From: Octopus vulgaris
Taxonomy: Eukaryota
Length of the DNA stretch: 64,000 nt
Assembly: GCA_951406725.2 (NCBI GenBank)
Contig: OX597815.1
Span: 187,612,001-187,676,000, forward strand
Reading direction: 5' to 3'
The notes beneath the pieces are model-generated. The model worked only from the letters and a program-made list of their open reading frames with translations. It was not told the origin of the DNA and did no database searches. Positions 27,285-40,851 of this stretch are shown one piece after another. The translations under genes were made by a program, and so were the position numbers. Positions within the stretch are counted from its first letter, which is position 1. Each line of letters starts with the position of its first letter.

Positions 27285-27758
27285 CCCTTTAGCATTCAGA
27301 TTACTCTATCAAGTGTAATGTTTATTTATTCATATTGATTTGAATTAGTTATGCCTTACCTTGTGGCTTTGAAATTTCAGTGGTGTGATTGTTTATTTTG
27401 AGAATAATATTGTAAGGTAAGTGTGAAAAACCCATAAAGGCAGCGAGCTGGCAGAAACGTTAGCACGCCGGGCAAAATTCGTAGCCGTATTTCGTCTGCC
27501 GTTACGTTCTGAGTTCAAATTCCGCCATGGTCAGCTTTGCCTTTCATCCTTTCGGGGTCGATAAATTAAGTACCAGTTACGCACTGGGGTTGATGTAATT
27601 GACTTAATCCGTTTGTCTGTCCTTGTTTGTCCTCTCTGTGTTTAGCCTCTTGTAGGTAGTAAAGAAATAGGTAAGTGTGAAAAGCTCGATATGGCTGGCT
27701 TGAACATAAAACAGGTTGAATATTTTGGCTGGATAAGGCCAATTTAAATGCTAAAAGG
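27285..27758. mobile_element. TTAA MITE family 2 with nested SINE B (about 27430-27668)
   Basis: CCCTTTAGCATT ... AATGCTAAAAGG termini; SINE TSD AGGTAAGTGTGAAAA at 27415 and 27669. Confidence 0.85.
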
Positions 27759-28777
27759 TTAAGAAGTCCTGAGAGTGGCAGAGCAAATGAACTTAAGAAA
27801 ATGGAGTGGGCCGATGACTTCCTAAGCTAATTAGAATTTTTTTTCTTTACTAATGTAGCCAATGAGTCTTGGAAAAAGTGGATTCTTCAGATGTGCAGAC
27901 ATCAATTTCAGGAAATATGTAAAGTAGATATAAGTTAGATATAGAGAGTGAAAGATTTTGCGTTTGAGGGAAGAATAGTATGTACAGCTTATATGTGAGT
28001 AAAATGTGATAATATAAGATCTAATCAGAAGTTTACAGATATTGGTGTTAAGTAGAGTGATTGTTTCTCATTCTTGTAGATTTTGACATTAAAATATAGA
28101 TATGGGAAGATAGTGTTTTCAGGTTTGGAGCTACTGACAGAAGCAATTTTATAAGTATATATTATAGATAATTTTAAATCTCGTTTGATGACTTTAAAAA
28201 GCAAATACATATTTGTTTTACAAAAAAACAAAAAACAAAACAGTATTTGCTTTTAAATTGATTTATCTTCAAAAGAAGATTTAGTTAATTCTATTTTAAC
28301 ATAATCCTTTTAAGCTAGATGGAAGAAGCTAATGGTTGTAGATTTTCAGGTGAGACTCAGTGTTGTTGTGGCTGTTTTTAACAGTAATTCAGTATTGCAG
28401 CATCGTTTGAAATGGTAGAAATGGCTTCAAGTTGAATTGACTTAAGATTTGGAACTTCCAGGAGAACACAACTATGAGATTTGTGACCTGGGGTAAATTT
28501 GATAGAGCAATTTGCATTCTCTTTGAAATATGGTTCCATGCCAAAAAACAGTGATTAGTTGGAACCTGTGAAACTCAATTAAAAGCTTTGCTGATGATAT
28601 GAGCAATAATCTGGCATATGCCAAACTTTTTTTTGTTGGCAATTTATGAAGAAATCGTTAGCACACCTGGCAAAATACTAAGTGACATTTCATCTGTTTT
28701 CATGTTCTGTGTTCAAATTCAGCTAAGGTCAACTTTGCCTTTCATCCTTTCTGGGTCAATAAAATAAGTACCAGGTA

Positions 28778-29108
28778 GAGGGCTCCAAAAGGGGTCTTAG
28801 GGAGTAGCGTCCCTGCCTTCCTGAGCTAGTTTTCTACCACATTTCTTAAAAATCGTGGTAGAAGCTTTGGTCTTGGGACTACTTATGTCTAGAAACTAAG
28901 GTTGGGGGTAAGCAAGGGAATGCTCCCCATAAAAAATCCAGCTCCAAAAAAGCCTCATGATAGCAAAAGAGAATAGGCACCAGCCAGCCCAAAGGTTGGG
29001 GTGGGCTGCACCTGCCTACCTCAGTTGCTATGGCATTGAGGTAGATCCGGCCACTCCTGCTAATGGGGACAAAACCTGGATTTAAAACACTGGATAATGA
29101 TGATGATG
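28778..29108 (+). mobile_element. (GAT)n-tailed non-autonomous retroposon inserted in a SINE B copy
   Basis: Splits SINE B between AAGTACCAGG (28775) and GCACTGGGGTCG (29110); (GAT)n tail. Confidence 0.65.
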
Positions 29109-29590
29109 AGCACTGGGGTCGAAGTAATCAACTTACCCCTCCCCTGAAATTGCTGGCCTTGTGCCAAAATTTGAAACCAATTAATTAAGAGAAAAAGTCC
29201 AATTAATTATTAGATGGGTTAATTTGTAAATCATGTTTTCTAGTTTTGGTTAAAATAAAACCAATTAATTTTTTGCTAACAAATTTAATAAATTTTCCCC
29301 CCAACAAACAAGTGATCTTTTCATGTTTCTATATTTTAGAGATGTTTGGAAATAGAGCTGAGGAAGTTATTGTTTCCATTTCTTTGTCTTAAGGTCTTTA
29401 TTTGAAAGAGATACTGTTTGGCATTATTGCCTGTGTTGTTACCATTTTCGTTTCCATGGTTGTGACAATGGTGAATTGATCCCAGTCAGTTTGCTTCACA
29501 CAGACCAAGAATAAAAAGCAGTTCAAACTCTACAATTTCTTGATTTGCAAATGTGGCTGTGTGAGTTTGAAATTCCTTTCACATCCAAAT

Positions 29591-29980
29591 CTTTTATTGT
29601 TTACTTGTTACAATCATTACACCGTGGCCATGCTGGGGCACAGCATTTAAGAATTTTTAATCAAATAAATTGATTGCAGTACTTTTTCTTTTAAAGCCTG
29701 GTACTTATTCTATCGGTCTCTTTTGCCAATCTCCTAATTTATGGGGACACAAACAAACCAACACCAGTTGTCCAAGCCATGGTGGGGGACAGACACAGAC
29801 ACAAACACACGCGCACATACATATGTGGTAGACTTCTTTCATTTTCCGTCTACCATATCCATTCACAAGTTTTTGGTTGGCCCAAGGCTATAGTAGAAAA
29901 CACCTGCCCAAGGTGCCATGGAGAACTGGACCCAGAACCATGTAACTGAAGAGTAAACCTCTTACAACACAACCATACCT
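29591..29980 (-). mobile_element. SINE family A (older copy)
   Basis: Homology to 10381-10793. Confidence 0.85.
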
Positions 29981-30174
29981 TGTTCTAAGTCCAATCTATC
30001 CGTCTAGCACCTTGGGCAAACATCTACAATGGTCTCAGGTTGACCAATGTGACTTACTTTTGGTAGATGGAAAGTGTGAAATCTCCTACACACACACACA
30101 CACACATCTGTCATTATCATCAACAGTATTTAACTTCAGCTTCCATGCTGTTGTGTGTATGTGTGTGTGTTTAA

Positions 30175-30384
30175 CCCTTTCGTTACCATATTTCTGTTGA
30201 GATGCTCTGTGTTTCTTTCAATTAATTTTAAATATAACAAAGAATTTAGTAAAATAACTTAGTTATCATTAAGCTAGTGTTAGGAACATAAATTGTTTCT
30301 AAGGTTTGGTGGAAGATTTTAATTCAAAACTTATGAAAACAAGACATTTGTACTCAGAGCCAGAGCCAGTTGGTAATGAAAGGG
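30175..30384. mobile_element. TTAA MITE family 1 (complete)
   Basis: TTAA|CCCTTTCGTTACC ... GGTAATGAAAGGG|TTAA. Confidence 0.9.
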
Positions 30385-30762
30385 TTAAATATGTATATAC
30401 ATACACATTTGTAAACGTGCATGTGTGTGTGTGAGAATGCAAAGGATTACTGCTAAATTTGCGCATCAAGTAAAAATACTGTGGCATTTAATCTATGCAG
30501 CTTACATTCCTTTACACTAAAGAATAATTACCAATTCAATTCAATAGTGACTGATAAAATATATGCTAGACAAAATATACCAAAATCAAAAACCAAAAAA
30601 TGAATCAACATCCTTACCCTAAGTCAGTGCTCCAGTATGGTCACAGATCAAAAACCGAAAGCTGTAAAAAAGCTAGCAAAAAAATTAGTCTGTAATGTCA
30701 CTGTAGGTTGGACATGAGTATTTGATTAGCGTCTTTATCAAAAGGTTATGTCATTTTGACAG

Positions 30763-30906
30763 AATTTCGGATTGAAAGCATTTGATCACAAACATATGGA
30801 CAGGTTTGAAGGAGATCTGGCTGTGATTTTAAGCAAACCCAGCAACTATGCATTAATTCCATGTGTATTCTTAGATGGAAAAGGAAGAATGCCTGTTGAG
30901 TTTTAA
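30763..30906 (+). CDS. Candidate terminal coding exon NFGLKAFDHKHMDRFEGDLAVILSKPSNYALIPCVFLDGKGRMPVEF*
   Basis: Acceptor TCATTTTGACAG with an in-frame stop just upstream; 47 open codons of globular-looking composition; followed by about 2.5 kb free of SINEs. Product not recognised; the antisense frame is also open. Confidence 0.4.
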   Translation, partial: NFGLKAFDHKHMDRFEGDLAVILSKPSNYALIPCVFLDGKGRMPVEF

Positions 30907-31322
30907 TGAATTTTGGCTTGATTCCTGAAGCTGACTTCAAGATTCAGGGGAGAAAACAGAGAGCATGTGTATGTGCATGTACCTATATATATATATACAC
31001 ATATATATATACACACATATATATAAGGTTAAAATAGGAAAAGTGAATTAATCATTGTAACAATAGTGATACTTTTATAGGAAGTACAAAGCTAAAATTT
31101 TGTTGGTTTTTATCATTGTTTTTTTTTTTGTTTTAAATGCAAAATGAAATATGAGTCAGTTTTTTTCCCCTCTTTTCATTTAACTCCATCTTAATGGGAA
31201 TAATTTGATAGTGGTTGTGAGGTTAGTGGTAAAGTTCAATTTTGAAAGTTCCCTACAACCTTTGTTCAAGAGGTTATATACTCATACATACATACATATA
31301 TACATGGACATATATATGTATG

Positions 31323-31357
<35 letters not shown>

Positions 31358-32112
31358 GTATATAAATATGTATGTATATATATTTGTATTTATATATATA
31401 TATATATGTGTGTGTACCTATGTATGTGTATGTAACAAGGATGTATATACAGTGTAGGCACATTTATATGTAATGAACATAAAAGAAAACAATTGCAGTC
31501 CCCTTAAGATATATACTATATAGTTGCCGTGAAAAAAAAAATGTGTTGAATACTTGCTGATTAATACAACAAAGAATGAAGAAAGAGCAACAAAATTTAA
31601 TAAAAGAAAAATACTGTAACATACCTATCAAAAAAAAAAAAAAAATTTTTTTTTCTAAATAAAATAAAATAAAATGTTACTCTGTATAAGTTCAGCAGCC
31701 AAGATAGAATGAGTTAGATTTCATGCTTCTTTTTTTTTTTTTTTTGTTTTTTATTTAAAAAAAATTTATGCTCAATTGTACAGATACTGTCTTATTGATT
31801 GAATTAAAAAAAAAAAATGTTCTTAGGCTGCTGCTGCTGTTGCTGTTGCGTATGAACTAAAAACAAAACTTGTAGAGCAATCGAGCAATTCCTTTTTCAC
31901 TCTCCTTCTACTTTTCTCTTTTAAAATCACATATGTATGAAACAATTTGGCATATCTATTACAGTGTTCTATATATAGTATGTGCAAAAGTATAGCTTGA
32001 TAGCATTGAAAATGGAGGAAATTTCATTGATGTATTTAATACTGGATCAGATTATTACATTAAATATCTGAGTTGAATTTACACTCACATTTTCTTTTAA
32101 TGATCATAATGA

Positions 32113-32116
<4 letters not shown>

Positions 32117-32159
<43 letters not shown>

Positions 32160-32285
32160 ATAGTATGTATAGTGTGTATATATATATGTTTATATATATA
32201 TATGTATATATAAATATATATGTATGTGTGTGTATATATATATATATAAATATATATGTATGTGTGTGTATGTATATATATATAT

Positions 32286-32319
<34 letters not shown>

Positions 32320-32397
32320 ATATATGTATGTGTGTGTATATATATATATATGTATAGATATATATATATATATATATATATGTGTGTATATGATATA
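32117..32397. repeat. (TA)n/(TG)n compound microsatellite
   Basis: Direct inspection. Confidence 0.95.
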
Positions 32398-32760
32398 AAA
32401 GCTTTAATCAGGTTAATTAATAATAATAATTTTTTTTTTAAATTATCACATTTTTCTCTTATTTTTTTTTTTTGCAACAAATTTACCAGTATCAATAATA
32501 GATATTGAAAGACTTAGACTAATTTTTAAAGTCTATTTGTGGTAGGATAATGTTCTATTTATCAGATAAGAATGTCATTGCTGTATGATTTTTCAATGAA
32601 GAAATTGTTGATCAGGTGCTTTAAAAAGAAAAAGAAAAAAAAAAGAAAAACTAAGCTCAGATAGACTCTACTTATCAACACACATGCAAATTTCAGTCAT
32701 TGGTTAATACATCATATAAAAGTAACTAATTTCTTTACCCCCACCCACCTTTCCCTCAGC

Positions 32761-32794
<34 letters not shown>

Positions 32795-33259
32795 AATTCC
32801 TGTAGGAATAGATCAGCAGTACTTTAATCATCATCAGAATGAAATGTTATTTTAGGATCAGTATAAAACCAAGTTATTAAGTGCAGAGAGGAAGGGGAAA
32901 AAAAAAATGACAGATTAATGTATATAGATTGTGGCTGGATTTTTACTTCAACGATCTATTTAGAGTATATTTATTATGTTGACTCTTGTGCTATGAAAAT
33001 CCCATTTCCCCACCATCTCTCTCTTTCTCTCTCTCTCTCTCATCTGTCACTGATTCTGATTTGAATATATTTACTCCCTAAAGAACATATTAACATTTAC
33101 AATTTCACTCAATTCTCTTCTTTACAACTCAGTTTCCAACACATGTATTGTAGACTAAGATGATGGAAAACAGTTTTTATTTTTTATTTTTTGCTAATCT
33201 GTTTCCATTAATAGATATTTGTATGTTAATATTTTATTCCAACAGTAGTCATACTTTAC

Positions 33260-33304
33260 CTTGGTCATCAGTTTGTTTATTGATACTTGTCTTGCCACAA
33301 TTCT
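33260..33304 (-). CDS. Candidate 45-nt internal exon (RIVARQVSINKLMTK, or the phase-1 frame)
   Basis: Acceptor CTCTTTATTTACTGTTTTATTCAG, donor AAG|GTAAAG; length is a multiple of 3. Confidence 0.3.
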
Positions 33305-35002
33305 CTGAATAAAACAGTAAATAAAGAGTATATCAATAAATACCCTCACTGTCTGGAAATTATAAAAAACAAACAGTCATTCTCAGTCACTTCCATTCAG
33401 TAAATAAAACATCAAATTAAATTTGTTTCAATTTTTATTGCCACGAGAAACTTCATTTTGTGATATCGCTATTGTTTAGATTTCCTATTTTATTTATTTT
33501 ATTCCTGGTATTTATTTTAGTACAAGATTTCACTGTGTTTTTACCTATTAACAAGGCTGTCTTAAAAGCATTAAAAGGTGTCAGTGCAAAGCATTGCACT
33601 GAGGTTTCAAGATGTTAAACTACAGCATACATGGGTTAGGATTAAGCTTTTAAATCCATGGGGTACCTGGGTAATTTCCCAGAGTATCCATGCCTACTCA
33701 CTCACATCCTAAACATTGTTCACTTCCCAGAACTTTATCCTTCTGGAAGTTCCTCTTTGTCTACTTTTTCCTTCACAACTACTAATCTATAATCATTTAA
33801 ATTGAAAAACTAACCATGTTAACCCTATTATATTGTATGTGTCTCCTTGACTATGAATGTGGGGAAAATCTATAGATGTTACATTTCACTCATTAATTAC
33901 TGAAAAAGATAAAAATAATACAAAAAAAAAGGACTCAACTGTCTCTTTCTGTAACTCTAAGTCATCAAGTGTTTAAAAGGTCAGACAGTGACCACTTAAG
34001 GCAAATCTCCAGTACTTTACCATGCTTTGGTATTTCATTAAATTAAAGAATCAGTCAGTGGTGAGTGTCCGTTTTTGGCATGTATTCATTCACATTCACA
34101 GCCTCATTATAAATCGCAATTCAATTCAACTTATTGAATTTGTATAGAAATATAATACAATGGAAAGTTCTTGCAGCTGAAGTTGCTGGAACAACAATTA
34201 AAATTTCTCAAATGACAATAAGGACATTTAATACATTAGTAAATATTGCAATGATATAATAATTACAACAAGAGCACAAATATGTTTGGACATATGAGAA
34301 CAAACAGATGTCCTCGTATGTACAAAATCCCATCAATGGGGCAACTTTCTCTTTCATCTTTTTGGGTGTTGATTAAAAGTACTAATCCGAGGCAGTGGAT
34401 TGGTAGATATATAATGATAGTGAACTTGGTACCTTGGGTATTTGTTCCACCCCCATTGCATTCTGAGTTCAAATCTTGCCATACCCTTCTTTGATAATAG
34501 ATTTAACCCGTTACTTGGTTTAATACCACCATTTGGTATCATGAGTGCCTTAGTAGGGCCCACTCTGCTGCAAGGATAGGGATCAGGTTTCCCATTCAGG
34601 AATACCTTTCTTTCTCCCTTCCTTCAGTCTTGGAGTCCCTGTAACATGTTATGGGCTCTGGCTCCTCTGATTTGGAAAAGAAACTGTTTCTGAATTAAAA
34701 TTTGTACACCAGAAGGTATCTGTAGTGCCTACGAGATTGTTTAGGAGTGAACTGACACCCCCACACGTGGCTGTCAGTGGACTGGATGAGTTTTATAAAT
34801 AGAATGAACCAGTAGATAGTTGAGGTCGAACTGTGAGAGCGTTAGTCTCATTATTGATTCTGCCCTGGAGTATTGGATTATTATTGTGTGAACGGTTACA
34901 AGAAGATAACCAATTCTTGTTACATCATTTATTGTTATACGGTTATATTTAGTACTGTGATACATTGTTACATACACACACACACCATATATTGTCACTG
35001 AT

Positions 35003-35345
35003 GATGGGAAACCCCCTTTGGTCATGAATGACCATGGGATTGCACCTGGAAAGTTACCCTCCGAGGTACAAGTCCGGGCAAGGATGTTTGTGGAAGGCCA
35101 GCAGTTCTCCCATGCATACCAGCTTCCCTCTCCATGCCACCAGTGTTATCCAAGGGAAAGGCAAAGGGGCCGATACAGCTTGGCACCAGTGATGTCGCAA
35201 CTCATTTCTACAGCTGAGTGAACTGGAGCAACGTGAAATAAAGTGTATTGCTCAAGAACACAACATGCTGCCTGTTCCGGGAATTGAACTCACAACTTCA
35301 CGATCATAAGCTCGACACTCTAACCACTGAGCCATGTGCCTTCAC
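35003..35345 (-). mobile_element. tRNA-headed SINE family E (V/Meta-domain-like)
   Basis: Minus-strand head TGGCTCAGTGGTTAGAG..GAGTTCAATTCCC, then GTGTTCTTGAGCAATACACTTTATT. Confidence 0.8.
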
Positions 35346-35499
35346 TCGCTGATGATATAACAGAGATAAAAGCAAAATTAGCAAAACGTGAAGCTAGAGT
35401 TTAAAATGATGCCAGGCTCTATCTGCGGTTAACAGGCCTTGTTCAGGGAGTGAAACATTTAAGATTACTTGTGCAGTTGTTTCCAAAAGATATGGATGC

Positions 35500-35733
35500 T
35501 ATGTAGAAAGCACTGGTGCTAGTGCCATGGAAAAAGCACTTCTGCTGGTGCCTCATAAAAAGCATCCCAGTACACTCTGTAAAGTGGCTGATGTTAGGAA
35601 GGGCATCCAACTGTAGAAACCATGCCAAAACAGACAGAATGGAGTCAAAGCAGCTCTTCAGCTGGCTGGTTCCTGTTAAACTGTCCAACACATGACTGCA
35701 TGGAAAACAGACGTTAAATGATAATGGTGATGG
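35500..35733 (+). mobile_element. SINE family C 3' part
   Basis: GTTAGGAAGGGCATCCA.CTGTAGAAAC...GACGTTAAATGAT tail. Confidence 0.85.
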
Positions 35734-36177
35734 ATAACTATCATACTATACTGCTACGTAGTATTAAATGGATATAAATCCTTTTCTAGGTATTGTGTAG
35801 CTTTATGGAGAATGTGTTTGACCATTTAAATGGCTGTTGAGTCCATGGAACTATTTAATATAGCTGTAGGAACAGTTACACCCACAACCCATTATTTATG
35901 TCCTGTTCTTCATTTTACATTAAGGAGTTGCATTTGAAATATGTAGGAGGATGTGTATACCTTAGAATAATAGTTCTTAAGCTTTTAGTACCAACGTACC
36001 ACTTCCTCATGCCTGGCAGTTTTGGCATTTTCTGTGTAAATACGGTGAAAATGGTTGGATACTATAGAAAAGATGATGGACAGGGTTTGCTGTTTAATTG
36101 AATGAGTCAATTTCCTGCCATGGTAGTCTTTTCCATTCATCTTTCTAAGGTCAATTAAATAGTTCTGGAGTTAATAT

Positions 36178-36390
36178 CTCTTTTACTTGTTTCAGTCATT
36201 TGACTATGGCCATGCTGGAGCACTGCCTTTAGTCAAGCAAATCAACCCCAAGACTAATTCTTTGGAAGCCTAGTACTTATTCTATTAGTCTCTTTTGCCA
36301 AACTGCTAAGTTACGGGGATGTAAGCACACCACCATCAGTTGTCAAGCGATGGTGGTGGGACAAACACAGACACACAAACATATACACTC

Positions 36391-36437
<47 letters not shown>

Positions 36438-36549
36438 CGACAGGCTTCTTTCAGTTTCCATCTACCAAATCCACTCACAAGTGGGACTGAATCCGGAACC
36501 ATGTGGTTGGTAAGCAAGCTACTTACCACACAGCCACTCCTGTGCCTAT
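36178..36549 (-). mobile_element. SINE family A with internal deletion
   Basis: CCACTCACAA is joined directly to GTGGGACTGA. Confidence 0.9.
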
Positions 36550-36887
36550 AATCAACTATTCCACCCAAATTTCTGTGTTTGTGCTTATGTAAGAAATTAA
36601 TTTAATTTAATGTTACATTTCAGAAAGGTTAAAATTTTTTGCTCACAATCATAAGTGGATGAGAACCGTAAAAGACTCTCCACACATTTTCTAGACACAG
36701 TTTATATTTTGTTGGTTGCAGTTACTTAAAACATTCTGATGTTCCTAATTTGTTTATTCCCACTGTGCTGAGATGAGCATGTGTGTCTCATGTATAGCCA
36801 ATAGCTACCAGAATGAACTCATACAGTCATTTGTTATTATCATGAAAGCATTTCATGAATACCTTTTGACATAGAAAAGAGTAACAG

Positions 36888-36890
<3 letters not shown>

Positions 36891-36947
<57 letters not shown>
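36891..36947. repeat. (GA)n microsatellite
   Basis: Direct inspection. Confidence 0.98.
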
Positions 36948-36949
<2 letters not shown>

Positions 36950-37953
36950 CTCTAAGTCATAAGTGACTGACATATGTTAGGTACTGTATCATAGTAACAA
37001 TCTAATTATTACAGGCACCTGCTCCTTCGTTTATAAGGAAAGTCATTATAATAAGAATTTTGGGTTGAGAATTTTTATCTGATTATATCTTTTGGTCAGT
37101 AGCATATTGTAGTGAAGTTTTAAAATATTCTGTGTTTTTTCAAATACAGTAAAAAGCTATTTTCAAATCATATTACGAGAAACATAAATAAGTATACGAA
37201 ATTCTAAATGTTATTCTTGGCTTACTTTAGCAAGATAGTGTAAATTTCGAAGCTTACATCATGTTATAAAAGATTTGCGTTTTAAACTATTTTTATAGAA
37301 TTTTTTTAAATTTTTATTCTTATTTTTTTTATCAGTGACAACTACATTTATATGATATTCTAAAATTTTCAATATCTGACAATCTACCTTGCCCAGATCA
37401 TAGAAAAATATATTTGTTGCAAAGGCTTATGACCAAAAATGGTTTGAAAAATACTGATTTATCAGATATTGCTTTTACAATGGTACTAGACTATCACTAT
37501 GTGGAAGAAGAACATTATACAAAGTGTCAATAACTTCTATAGCTGAATATTTGGTATTAGTACTTGGAACAACTCAATACAAAATATCAATACATTCCAT
37601 CAATTGTTTGGATTTTTATTTACTGTTTATCATAAGTTTTCCTTTTAGCTCCATGGCATTTTGATCTGATCGATACATGTTACTGTGTTGTTTAAGGACC
37701 CATATTTGAATAAATCACATTCCCCAAGCTTTTTTAATTTTTTTTTTTTATGAACAAAAGTTTGATATTTCAGATATTCAGAAGCTTATTTTTACATAAA
37801 TTTTAAATCTTTCGAAATATATTTGGAGTTTAGAAAAGAAAATGTTATAAAAACAATCTCTTCGAAATTTGTACAGCTATATTCAAATAATTGAATAATT
37901 TTTATATTGAACCTCTTATTTATCATATATCATGTGCTCAGATGTTCTAGGAA

Positions 37954-37989
<36 letters not shown>

Positions 37990-39429
37990 GGGGTCTGAAG
38001 GGAAAGACAAAGAGGGAGTGAAGCTAGGAATAGGGATTGAAAAACTAGCTGGAGAAAAATAGGAGTGACAATGGAATATACACTGTTATGAAGAGAGCAA
38101 AAAAGAGAAAAGATAGTTTCTACTACTGAGAAATAAATAAATAAAGAGAGAGAGAGAGAGCAAAAGAGGAACAAAGTCAAATAAATATATTGTATATCAT
38201 GTAATTAAATGAAAAGTATAGATATTATTCCTCTACAACCAACAAGCAAGAGAGAAAATGTTATTTAGTTTTGTCTGTGATGTTTTGGTGCATTAAGTGT
38301 AATTTAACTTTGATATTCCTTACATATTAAGCAACTTTTAAAAAAATATCAAGAAAGGGGTATAGTTTTAGTTCATAGTTGATAGGGCATGCAATGATAC
38401 CCGGGCTCAAATTATATATATATATACATGATATACAAGGCAGCCAGCTTTATATTGCAGTATATTATAAAACATATGGGAATATAATTATGGAGTTTCA
38501 GATAATCAGTATTTATATTTTATTAGTCTTTTTTTATTTATCTTTTTATATATATATATATATATATATGGTGTTTTCTGTGTATAAAAGTAGTGTGTAT
38601 ATGTCCCACTATTCTAAGACCCATAATTTCCTGCATCTGAAAAAAAATTCATCTCCATTCTTTTTACAGTTTAAAAAGCTTACAAGGTGAAATGCTCAAA
38701 GTAACCATTTCTATTTTCCAACCAAAATAAATAAAATTCTCTATAAAATGTATTGAGTTCATTATTTGGCTGCTGTATTATTGCTTTTTATATTTTTCTT
38801 TGTCTACAACACAAAACACAATAATTATAGTCTATCATGTTTCGGTTATATGGGAATGGAAGATGAAAAGAAGCTGGAGTAATCAATTTGATATGGTTTC
38901 AAGAAAACTGTAGTTAGAAATTGATGGCAGCACATATCCTGTAGAATTCCAGTGAGAAACATCTGAAATGAGTGTGTTTATTGCTTAGGGCAGATTCTAA
39001 GTGAGTATAGATGGGTACGACGGTGCTTGTATGAGGATGTGCCATTGATGGGAGAAGACAACACGGCAATTAGGTAAGACTAATGTCTATGGTTAAGTGA
39101 CAGTTTGACAGTCTGGTGTTTTCCACTTTCAGGATGCTAATACTTTGGTCTTTTGTCAATCATTGCACAATCCCATCAATAGGACAAGTATTCTGTAATG
39201 GAGTGTATTTCTGTGTTTTAAATTGTATATAACTACTCTAGGATTAAATTTGTTCTATACATTCCTCCCGCTGTTGGTGAATACTGAATTCTGTGTCAAC
39301 TGTCAATTATCTGGAGTGAAAACTATATTGACGATAAGACAGGAGCTTTCTGAAGATTGTGGAAAATGGTATAGATATCTACAGGGCTTTTTTCATTTTT
39401 TTTTCTATTGGAAGTCACTCCCCAACAAT

Positions 39430-40000
39430 ACGGCATATAAACAGCCAATGAAGAGGCCTCAAGCGACCGCTTGTTTTGTTAAGAGATGCAAAAGAAAAGC
39501 AAAACAATGTCTAATGAGAAACTGCCATAAAATGAGGAAATGATCAGTGCAAGATTTCAAAGAATTAAGGTTGTATCTCTCATGGAAACATGAGAATTTC
39601 ATAAAACACATGTTGAAGGAAAGAAAGTGACTGGAGTAGAGACTTTTTACAAGAGGGTCAACAACAATAAATCAATGAGGATTTATTAGAAAGATGAGGC
39701 ATTTGATTAGTAACTTTGAGAGTATGAATGAGGGAAGAAAGTTCAGTAGAACAACGATCATGAAAGAAGCAATATCTTGGCATTCAGAGAAGGGTTCAAG
39801 TTTACTTGCCAAAATAGGAGCAGCAATGTTAAAAACTTAACAGAGATAAACCCCAGTAGTTGTTTCAACTTCAAGATTCACTCATTTGCCTCCATAGAAT
39901 GAGAGCATTCTTTATATAAGCTGGAAATAGGGTATATGATTCAACACTGCTGGAGAAGAGCTTTGTAGATGTCCTTTGATTCCAGAGGGGAGAATGAAGT
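39430..40000 (-). mobile_element. Highly decayed CR1/L2/Jockey-group LINE 3' end
   Basis: Minus-strand remnants DIYKALL, SKLEPFSECQDIASF, CFHERYNLNSLKS with stops and frameshifts. Confidence 0.5.
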
Positions 40001-40001
40001 T

Positions 40002-40039
<38 letters not shown>

Positions 40040-40070
40040 GGAGTTTGAAAAGGAACACACGAGTTGATAT

Positions 40071-40344
40071 ATATGGAAAAAAAGTCAAGGTAGAAAATGC
40101 TAAAATAATTTTATAAAAAGCATTTCAGTACCAGTTTCAGTCATTCAGACTTTTTCAACTGTAAGTATGGAAAATAATTAAATTTTGGAAAAATTAAAAG
40201 AAGAATTTTTTAAAAGAATACTTGCATAGTGTTCAAATACAAGTGGAATTTTCCTTGTTTCTGCCTCTCTTGTTTACTCTTGTGTGTTCAAGGTCGTTGT
40301 TAGCATTATTTTAGCATTTTCTACCTTGACTCTTTTTTCCATAT
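40071..40344. mobile_element. Penelope-like terminal fragment with about 40-bp inverted ends and an internal hammerhead-like motif
   Basis: ATATGGAAAAAAAGTCAAGGTAGAAAATGCTAAAATAAT is inverted at 40306-40344; adjacent to (TA)n. Confidence 0.65.
40126..40161 (-). ncRNA. Minimal hammerhead ribozyme motif, U3-A8 core variant
   Basis: Minus strand: CAG-TTGAAAA-AGTC-TGAAT-GACT-GAAA-CTGG-TA-CTG. Confidence 0.55.
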
Positions 40345-40350
40345 AAATAT

Positions 40351-40535
40351 TACTCTTTTACTTGTTTCAGTCATTTGACTGCGGCCATGCTGGAGCACCG
40401 CCTTTTAGTCGAGCAAATCGACCCCAGGACTTATTCTTTATAAGCCTAGTACTTATTCTATTGGTCTCTTTTGCCGAACGTAAACATACCAGCATCGGTT
40501 GTCAAGCATTGTTGGGGGGACAAACACAGACACAA

Positions 40536-40572
<37 letters not shown>

Positions 40573-40740
40573 CATACACGACGGGCTTCTTTCAGTTTCC
40601 GTCTACCAAATCCACTCACAAGGCATTGGTTGGCCCGGGGCTATAGCAGAAGACACTTGCCCAAGATGCCACGCAGTGGGACTGAACCCGGAACCATGTG
40701 GTTGGTAGGCAAGCTACTTACCACACAGCCACTCCTGCGG

Positions 40741-40741
<1 letters not shown>
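40351..40741 (-). mobile_element. SINE family A
   Basis: Near full-length, little diverged. Confidence 0.95.
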
Positions 40742-40785
<44 letters not shown>

Positions 40786-40851
40786 GCTGCCATTATTGAG
40801 TGTGAGCTCCAAAAGCTTTTTTATTCTCTCTCTGTTTATTTCTTCGTATTC

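Noticed and set aside
25900-28250. Possible decayed LINE endonuclease fragments on the minus strand
   Set aside because: Only scattered partial motifs; boundaries and class not supportable
24413-30800. Kinase-like (HNRDL...NFGL) or TIR-like resemblance in the joined candidate exons
   Set aside because: Depends on an unverified exon join; motif spacing is wrong and the other required motifs are absent
34500-34790. GC-richer fragment, possibly an RTE 5' UTR with an HDV-like ribozyme
   Set aside because: I could not identify the nested double-pseudoknot pairings; only a CTGACA/TGTCAG hairpin is visible
34998-35015. CTGATGA-TGG-GAAAC
   Set aside because: No stem II is possible; it is the junction of a SINE tail with its flank
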